Source: Neoconidiobolus thromboides FSU 785 (Eukaryota > Fungi > Entomophthoromycota). From it: a stretch of 64,000 nucleotides of DNA. The notes beneath the pieces were generated by a model. It was not told the origin of the DNA. It saw only the letters and a list, made by a program, of their open reading frames with translations, and searched no databases. The position numbers and the translations under genes are program-made. Below are positions 56,917-64,000 of the stretch, in pieces. The stretch spans positions 1 to 64,000 of the forward strand of contig MU626375.1 of assembly GCA_025603075.1 (NCBI GenBank), in the 5' to 3' direction. The first letter of the stretch is position 1, and the number at the start of each line of letters is the position of its first letter.

Positions 56917-58782
56917 TTATGGTTTTATTGATTTTATGTTATTACTCAAAGACTCAGTTATAAGTTCAATTAATTTTAAATTTAACCCACATACCTTTAA
57001 AGCAAAAGGTAATGTCAATGAGGATTCTAATAGTCCCTTTCCTTTTTTAATGTATTTTAAAATTTCATCATTATTTCTTCCATATCGTATTATAAAAACC
57101 AAACATGTTGAAATAAGAGGATAATCAAGAGTAAGAGTATATTTGTGATAACTTACAGCAGCACTATCAATTACTAAATAGCACTGTTTGAGCGTATCTT
57201 TAATACGATTTAATATACTTATATTAATATTCTTATCAAGCTTATGTTCTTTATATTCATACGCTTTCTTTTCTTCAGAAACATCAAAATTAACAAAACT
57301 AATATAAAAGTTAATATGATGAAAAAAATAAACTATACAATTTTGATAATCCTCGATCGTTAATTTTAAATCATAGCTATTGATAAAAGGTAAAAATTCA
57401 GTCATAACAGTAATGTATTCTTCTTTAACTGCGAATGTTTTAAACGTAAGTCTTGATAGAAAGCTATTTAATTTCATCTGATCATCACTTCCTTTTATCT
57501 TTTTCTCTTTGATTAGTCGTAAATCAAAATATAGCGTACTTGTTATATAATAAAATTCTTGAAGCTTTAAAAAACAGTATCTTTGGATATGTTTATCTTC
57601 TTTGTTGAAATCAATATTAGAGAGAGAAAGTTTACTTCTAAAATGCCTATTTAATTTCTTTAATCCCAATGGAAATACAGGCTCAGCAATATATGATCCA
57701 AAACTTAATAAGATTCCATTGTAAAAAGAATTTAATACGCAGTAAGTATAAGTTCGTTCAATGTTGGCCACTTTAGATAACTTCTTTGGTGGTTGACTCA
57801 ATCCTATTATAAATGACATTCTATAGGAATGAAACAAAAGGTAATCTCTAATACCACCAATCCATGAAAAACATGGAATTCCAATTATTAGTATAAGTAT
57901 TATTTGTATATTTTCTAAACTGGGCTTAATTCTAGGGACATTTGAAACAAAATGATAAAGCTTTCCCTCAAAATAACTAATTAGTTTTTTTACGATTTCC
58001 GTTTGCTTCATATAAAAGAGACCACCTGTAAATATTGCCGATTTTAAATTAAAAGAACGTGAAGTAAAATCAAACCTTGTTTCATCAAACAAAGGAATTG
58101 TTTTATTAATTGACGTAAAATAATTGGTTACTGCTTGCTTTAAAATTGGTCTAATATTAAAGGTGTTTTCATTTGGTACTTCTGGTACAAATATTAGCCT
58201 CTTAGGTTTGGATGCCAACAAACCTAACTTATCCGTTAGTATAATAAAAAGATTTAAGCCTTTACTAGGAAAATATGGCGACGGATTTTGAATAAAATTT
58301 AACAAATTTTCTAATAATGATTTCCTCTTAAATTTACTAAATATACCAATAATATTATATGAGAAATCATAATCCTTTGGTAACTTTAGTAATTGATGTT
58401 TAGTTTCTTTTGACAATTTTAATAACTGGTTTTCATTTTTATCTTTTAATTTAACTGCCTGAGTTTTGTTTTCTTCTGGTTGAAACATTTTAGGAGCAAT
58501 TACAGCCTCTTTTTTTGAAGTGAAGCTAACATTGACAACCTTAAATCTAAATTTATCTTTTCCAAAGGCTCTGTAATTACGTCTAATTCCCAAGTGCCCA
58601 GCTCCATACTCGGTGTCTTCGCTTTTATTATATATGACTTCTCTATTTAAGGTACATTCTATCTTTCTTTTTATACAATTTAAGCATTTAGGTAATACTC
58701 TATCACATTTAAGGTGCTTTTTAACACATGAATCACATCTATGTCCTCTTCTACTAAGCTTTAAACTATTTCTCTGCTCCAT
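56917..58782 (-). CDS. Zn2Cys6 fungal transcription factor (family member E)
   Basis: CDSCVKKHLKCDRVLPKCLNCIKRKIEC; long stretches nearly identical to member D (PSKGLNLF, PILKQAVTNYF, FDETRFDFTSRSF). Confidence 0.88.
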   Translation of the reverse strand: MEQRNSLKLSRRGHRCDSCVKKHLKCDRVLPKCLNCIKRKIECTLNREVIYNKSEDTEYGAGHLGIRRNYRAFGKDKFRFKVVNVSFTSKKEAVIAPKMFQPEENKTQAVKLKDKNENQLLKLSKETKHQLLKLPKDYDFSYNIIGIFSKFKRKSLLENLLNFIQNPSPYFPSKGLNLFIILTDKLGLLASKPKRLIFVPEVPNENTFNIRPILKQAVTNYFTSINKTIPLFDETRFDFTSRSFNLKSAIFTGGLFYMKQTEIVKKLISYFEGKLYHFVSNVPRIKPSLENIQIILILIIGIPCFSWIGGIRDYLLFHSYRMSFIIGLSQPPKKLSKVANIERTYTYCVLNSFYNGILLSFGSYIAEPVFPLGLKKLNRHFRSKLSLSNIDFNKEDKHIQRYCFLKLQEFYYITSTLYFDLRLIKEKKIKGSDDQMKLNSFLSRLTFKTFAVKEEYITVMTEFLPFINSYDLKLTIEDYQNCIVYFFHHINFYISFVNFDVSEEKKAYEYKEHKLDKNINISILNRIKDTLKQCYLVIDSAAVSYHKYTLTLDYPLISTCLVFIIRYGRNNDEILKYIKKGKGLLESSLTLPFALKVCGLNLKLIELITESLSNNIKSIKP

Positions 58783-59020
58783 AGACTGAAAAATATATAA
58801 ATCATTATGTAATAAGTTGTTTAAACAATTTTAGCAAATACCCAATTAAAAAGTTAATCTTTACTTAAAGTATAAATTCAAATTATTCACTAATTTTGTT
58901 AAAGGCTAGCAAATTAAATAGAGTAATTTCCCAAAATTATGTCATACTTTATGCAAAATTATACTTTAACTAGCATTAAACTAATTTTTTATTCTATATT
59001 TGTTAAAAAGCCCCATTAAA

Positions 59021-59125
59021 ATATGGGAGTGTTTTTTTTAACTTCATTATTTTTTCCATTTTTGAACGCTATTTAGCGGAAAAATTGTTAGTAAAATTCT
59101 TAAACACAAAAATACATCCACATAT
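59021..59125 (-). mobile_element. MITE copy 24
   Basis: atatgggagtgttttttttaacttcatt...aatacatccacatat. Confidence 0.93.
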
Positions 59126-59585
59126 CTTATTTTCAACTCTTATCTACAAGAGTACCATGATTTTAGAAGTATATTATAAACATTATAAATACCTTTCATT
59201 ATATCAGTAATTGGATAAAATCTAAAATATAATACGAATGTGTTAAAATTTAAAAACTATCGTAAGTTATAGTTCAATAAAATTAATATCATTACATTAT
59301 ATGATTTAATGAAGTAATTCAGTTTTTATTGTTTTTAATATTTATAGCTAAAATCATAATTCTTAATATTTAATGAAATGTACAAGTTTTTTTAATAGCA
59401 AAAACTAACATATTGGGACCATTGTTATGGTATTTCATTAAGCTTGTGCTTTTAACAATTATACCTTTTATACTAAATAAGATATCACATTTATATAAGA
59501 AGCTTAATCTAATAGAATGTATGTATTTAAAATTAAAATAAAAAATAGCACAATTATTACTAATTTGCACTTTATTTATTAGCTA

Positions 59586-60926
59586 TCAAATTAACTGCAA
59601 ATTAATATCCGGGAATTCAACTTTAAAAAATTTAATATCAATTGGGTACCTTAGACCATTAGCTATTTGAAAAGTAATTGGGTTATTATAGTAGTAATAG
59701 TAACCTATAGTTGAAAAATAACGAAGATATCCTTTTCTAAATAAGACATATTCTATATTAGGAAATAAATACAGAATGTAAAATAAATTTTGAAGTGAAA
59801 GTTCATATTTTATAAAGCTTAATTTTTTAATTGATTTACACTGAATTAATTTCTTTTGGTTTTTTAAACAAAAATAGTCGGGATTCTCTAATACATCATC
59901 ATCACTATTCCAATCAAACTGACATAATTTAAAGGAGTCCTTTTCAAGGTAGTTCGAATTATATAATTTTATGCTCTGGACGTTATTTGGTTCGGAAAGT
60001 CCATGGACTATTTCTTCGAATAACTCACTTTTGTTAATACTAATTTCATTTAAATTGAGCATTTTGTCTAAACTATTGAGATTTAAAAATAATTTTTGAA
60101 TAAATCCCATAAATCTAATTTTAACATTCCTACTATCTTTAAATACTAACTCATCATATTTAAAATTTTGTAACTTTATAATTAACTTATGAAGCTGCGT
60201 TAAATCTCCAAAATAGTCTAAGTTGTAATTATCATCCATCTTCCCTTTGATTTTAAGTTCCTTAAGCTTAATAAAGTTGTTAGCTTTATTGTAGATACGT
60301 GGTATCTTCATATTATATGATGTGAGATGTAATGTGGTTAAATTTTTGAATTGTTTCAACGCTTCAATCCCATTTAAATCTAAGAACATTATGGATTTAA
60401 TCTTTAATACCTTCAACCCGGTTTTATTTAAGTACTCTAGGACATCACTTAGTGTCAGCGCCTTACTTATTAATTTAAGTTCACTTAATTGATGTAAACA
60501 GCTCTTAAACAAGTCAAAATAAATTCGAAAGTCCTCATAATTAACATCAACTGATAACTTTTTCAAACTCAAAAATTCATTATGTATTAGATGACCATTC
60601 TTAGATAGCTTAAACTTGGAATTAAGGCTAAAATGCAAACATTTAATATATTGACATGAATTTAATGATTCAAATTGGCTGACACTGGACACTGATAACT
60701 TCTTCATTTCATTCGGATTCTCTTTTATGAAGTTATGCTGTATTCTTTTATTAGCTTCTTTAAATTTTTGGTACTCTGAGTAAGTTAAATTGATAAATAT
60801 TTGATTTCTAATTATTTGTTGGAACCTTTTACTAATTGATTGTAGCTTAAACAATTCTATAATATCAATATACTCAAATACTCCTTTCAGTATAGCCCCA
60901 GGTAATAAATTTAGTTCGATATACAT
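59586..60926 (-). CDS. F-box protein with degenerate LRR-like repeats
   Basis: N-terminal LLPGAILKGVFEYIDIIELFKLQSISKRFQQII (F-box), followed by repeated LKxLxL motifs. Confidence 0.75.
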   Translation of the reverse strand: MYIELNLLPGAILKGVFEYIDIIELFKLQSISKRFQQIIRNQIFINLTYSEYQKFKEANKRIQHNFIKENPNEMKKLSVSSVSQFESLNSCQYIKCLHFSLNSKFKLSKNGHLIHNEFLSLKKLSVDVNYEDFRIYFDLFKSCLHQLSELKLISKALTLSDVLEYLNKTGLKVLKIKSIMFLDLNGIEALKQFKNLTTLHLTSYNMKIPRIYNKANNFIKLKELKIKGKMDDNYNLDYFGDLTQLHKLIIKLQNFKYDELVFKDSRNVKIRFMGFIQKLFLNLNSLDKMLNLNEISINKSELFEEIVHGLSEPNNVQSIKLYNSNYLEKDSFKLCQFDWNSDDDVLENPDYFCLKNQKKLIQCKSIKKLSFIKYELSLQNLFYILYLFPNIEYVLFRKGYLRYFSTIGYYYYYNNPITFQIANGLRYPIDIKFFKVEFPDINLQLI

Positions 60927-61536
60927 AGTTCAAAAGGGGTTTGAAAGGAACGTTTTTGCTGTATTTATAAGCTCTTTATTCATATACTTGTTAAAATTAT
61001 GTTTGATTGGGTAATAATCACGCTAGCAGTAATTTTGTAAGATTTGTATTTTTACTATTCAAATAGTATCAAGGATACCAATATAAACATCCTTTGGTAG
61101 TTTAAATAAATCACTCTTTTTTCTTTTTATGTGATTATCTTAATTGTTTAAATCTTTCTTTTGAGCAAAACAAATGTACTATATGGGTGACAGTTTTTGT
61201 TTTTTTTATAAAGCACATGTTTAAAGCTACGCTTTTAACTTAGTAAAAAGGTGCTTGCTTCTTTTTCATTATAATTTGATTTTTTTCCAAATATGTTCTT
61301 CAAAAACATGATTGGTTAGTTTAAAATTTATAAAGATAATATTACAGCTTCAATCATACAATAATTTTATAAATATTAATCAAAATATTAAAGCTTTATT
61401 GTAGCTAAAAGCTACATATCTCCATATCCTTTGTGCTTCTTACTGTTGTTTTGGATTAAAAGGGTAAAGTTAGCAAGTACACGGCTATGTGTCTCAGAAG
61501 TTTATGGCAAGCTTCATAGATGGCTAGAAAATTACT

Positions 61537-61642
61537 ATATGGGGATGTATTTTTGTGTTTAAGAATTTTATTAATAATTTTTCCGCTTAAATAGCGCTTA
61601 AAAATGGAAAAAATAATGAAGTCAAAAAAAACACTCCCATAT
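61537..61642 (+). mobile_element. MITE copy 25 (near consensus)
   Basis: atatggggatgtatttttgtgtttaagaattttattaat...gtcaaaaaaaacactcccatat. Confidence 0.95.
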
Positions 61643-61966
61643 TGATTTTATAGACTATATTTTTAGTAGTTTACAAGTTCCATAAAAATTCTGAATTTTG
61701 TAAAATTTAAAATAGATGTTCTTCTTTTTGTATAATTTGCCAAAGCTAAAAATGGCTATTAACTTTAGAAAAATATTCTTATCAAACGTTATTCGTAAAC
61801 TAAGTAACAGTGTGAAGCACTAATTCCCTTAACATTTTAATATATACTACAACTATTATCAAAAGTTATAAATTTAATAGAAAAAAATGAATAATAACAT
61901 AACTTAAAGAATTAGGCAAACAACAATTTTAGTTCTCATTCATTCTAAAAATAAATAATGGACTTT

Positions 61967-62698
61967 TCATGATAAATCCTCTATAAGTAACTCTAACTCG
62001 CTATCAAAATGTGCCAAATAATCATCATAATAGATTAAAAAATGATTCTTAATATCATTCAACTGCTGCTTTTGACCCGCATATGTTGTAAGCCAATACC
62101 TTGTGCTAAATTGAATAAATAAAGTTTTAAAATTTACACTCAAGCGCAAAATTTTCATAAAATAAAATTACCTTTTTTCGATATAGCCAACTCGAATCAT
62201 ATTAGAATATTCTTCAGCTGAGGAAGGTAAAGAGCCTGGGTAATCCAAAATCTTAGCAAGTATATTTTCTTGAATTGTTTCTGTTTTATTTTCTTCAAAA
62301 TATTCTTTAACTAAGTGATATAACTCATGTCTTGTGTTTACAATTAAATAGCATCCTGATAAATTGATTTCCACGGATTTTATGTTATCTTTTATTTTTA
62401 TTATCTTTACATTAGAATCATCACCTATTTCTTCTAACCAGCTAAGGCATACATCTTTAATATAACTGTTTAAAATATCCAACTCCTTCGGTAAATGCTC
62501 AATTAAAACACAACATTTTGATCCTAGTAATAAAAACCCTAACTCACCGTATAAGTGTAACTCAGAGATATCGACACGGTTGTTATCAGTTAAAAGGCGG
62601 TTTTGGTTACTTTTCAAATTTTGAAACCATTTCTTCTCTAGCGCCTTATAAAAGTTATACATTTTAAATATATGTTTGTTGTTAGTAATTTTACTCAT
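61967..62698 (-). CDS. Conserved hypothetical protein; two exons (intron 62106-62171)
   Basis: The two track ORFs join in frame (...VGYIEKS-TRYWLTTYAG...); LAKILDYPGSLP motif. Confidence 0.7.
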
Positions 62699-63010
62699 TT
62701 TATATTCTATAATTCTATTAAACCAGATTATCTTATAACAAGGTCTCTAGGATTCTTATTTTAATGTTTTGCTTTTTATTGAGTAATGATTATTCATTCA
62801 TATTAAGCCAATAAGATCAATTCAAAATACTATGCAAAAAAAATCCCTGGATAACTAAACCCAGGCATAACTCTGGTGTACCAATTAAATTCAACCTGTA
62901 TTGCATTGCTTAACATAATTGATTAGCCTCAAGTTACCAAGCCAAAGTAACCACTATAAACAATAATTATAAAAGCAAAACAATTTGCTTAATAATTTAT
63001 AGTACAAAAG

Positions 63011-63359
63011 ATGAGTTCCTTTTATGATGAAGTAGAAATCGAAGATATGGACTTTGATGAGGAGTCAAATATTTATCACTACCCTTGCCCATGCGGTGAT
63101 AGATTCGAAATTTCATTGGTAGTTATATTCATTTGTAAGATTAGCATAACTGACTTTTTTTTAGGAAGAATTAAGGGACGGTGAAGACGTTGGTAGATGT
63201 CCATCTTGTTCTTTAATTATAAGAGTTATCTTTGACCCAGTAAGTTGTTTTTATATATCAAGAATGTCACTAATATCATTTAAGGACGAATTTATGGATA
63301 ATAATGAAGAAGATAAAGAAAATTTAGCTGTATCTTTAGACACTCCTATCCAAGTTTAA
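63011..63359 (+). CDS. DPH3: Diphthamide biosynthesis protein 3 (CSL zinc finger), 3 exons
   Basis: Manual splice: [36 protein letters not shown] / [25 protein letters not shown] / DEFMD...; introns 63119-63164 and 63240-63284; absent from the ORF track. Confidence 0.93.
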
Positions 63360-63551
63360 AAATATATTTAAAGTAAGAAATGAAAGCAAATTAAGCTTAT
63401 ATTTTCTTATTACATTGTTGATGGCTTTATTAAATAGAATTGCTTTATTCTCCTAATATTTTTAAATAAATAGAGTAAATTTAAATTTATGGCGATATAT
63501 TTAATTAAATAGCAGACTTTATTTTAAAAAGCAGTATTATGTAAATATCGT

Positions 63552-64000
63552 TTACTTCGCAGCTGGTGGGTGAGTAGGTTGATTTGAGTCAACATTAGTA
63601 TTATCTGCATTTAGTAACCAGGATAACTGTAAGTTTAAGTAAGAGCGAAAGCTAGTCCATAAGAAATATGGAATAAAATACAATAAAGCAGTTGTATCAA
63701 TAGTACCGAAAAAAAACAAAGCAATCAGGTTAGCTATCCAAAGCCCAGCCATGCTGATCAACGGGATAGGAGAAGCATTTGCCCCAATATATGTCAAAGA
63801 CCAAATCGAATCCAACAATAGTTGAATGTTGAATAAATAACCTAATAGCTCATAGAAGTAACTATCTTTGTCATAATTCATCTTTACTATATAGTATGCG
63901 TAACCATACAGCGAACTGCTTATTATTGAAAGCAAAGTAAAATACCTCTCATTCAAGTGCCTTTTAGGGTTTCTTAATCGCTTGTACCAACTTTTACTGC
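63552..64000 (-). CDS. TspO/MBR-family membrane protein, 5' end outside the window
   Basis: WYKRLRNP at the window edge, NIQLLLDSIWS (cf. QLxLNxxWS) and LLYFIPYFLWTSFRSYLN (cf. PYLAWxxFAxxLN). Confidence 0.72.
   Translation of the reverse strand, partial: SKSWYKRLRNPKRHLNERYFTLLSIISSSLYGYAYYIVKMNYDKDSYFYELLGYLFNIQLLLDSIWSLTYIGANASPIPLISMAGLWIANLIALFFFGTIDTTALLYFIPYFLWTSFRSYLNLQLSWLLNADNTNVDSNQPTHPPAAK

Noticed and set aside
861-61642. CRISPR-like or satellite interpretation of the repeated 105-bp unit
   Set aside because: Copies are dispersed, in both orientations, with TIRs and TSDs; there is no repeat-spacer array, and the sequence is eukaryotic

Overview
Very AT-rich (roughly 25% GC by eye) eukaryotic DNA with short (about 45-65 bp) GT-AG introns. 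It is a fungal genome; the gene content suggests an early-diverging fungus such as Entomophthoromycotina (inference only). Conserved genes: PNS1/CTL transporter, an MFS anion:cation symporter, intron-rich DNA polymerase delta (POL3) and TRM44, a DnaJ protein, a histidine acid phosphatase, an F-box protein, DPH3, a partial TspO and tRNA-Asn(GTT). These are interspersed with a lineage-specific intronless Zn2Cys6 transcription-factor family (5 intact, 1 pseudogene, 1 DNA-binding-domain-only ORF), small Cys-rich secreted proteins and several pseudogenes, including a bacterial-like GH25 muramidase. The dominant non-coding feature is a ~105-bp MITE-like element (ATAT-GGGG...CCCC-ATAT) in 25 copies, including a tandem dimer, an inverted dimer, one copy inside a gene, and one copy split by a 463-bp TG...CA solo-LTR-like insert with a 4-bp TSD. 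The most striking pattern: 6 of 7 Zn2Cys6 loci carry this element 79-238 bp upstream of the start codon, 5 of them in the same gene-relative orientation. None of the 15 other intact genes whose starts are visible has one within 250 bp upstream. All calls were made by eye without database searches.
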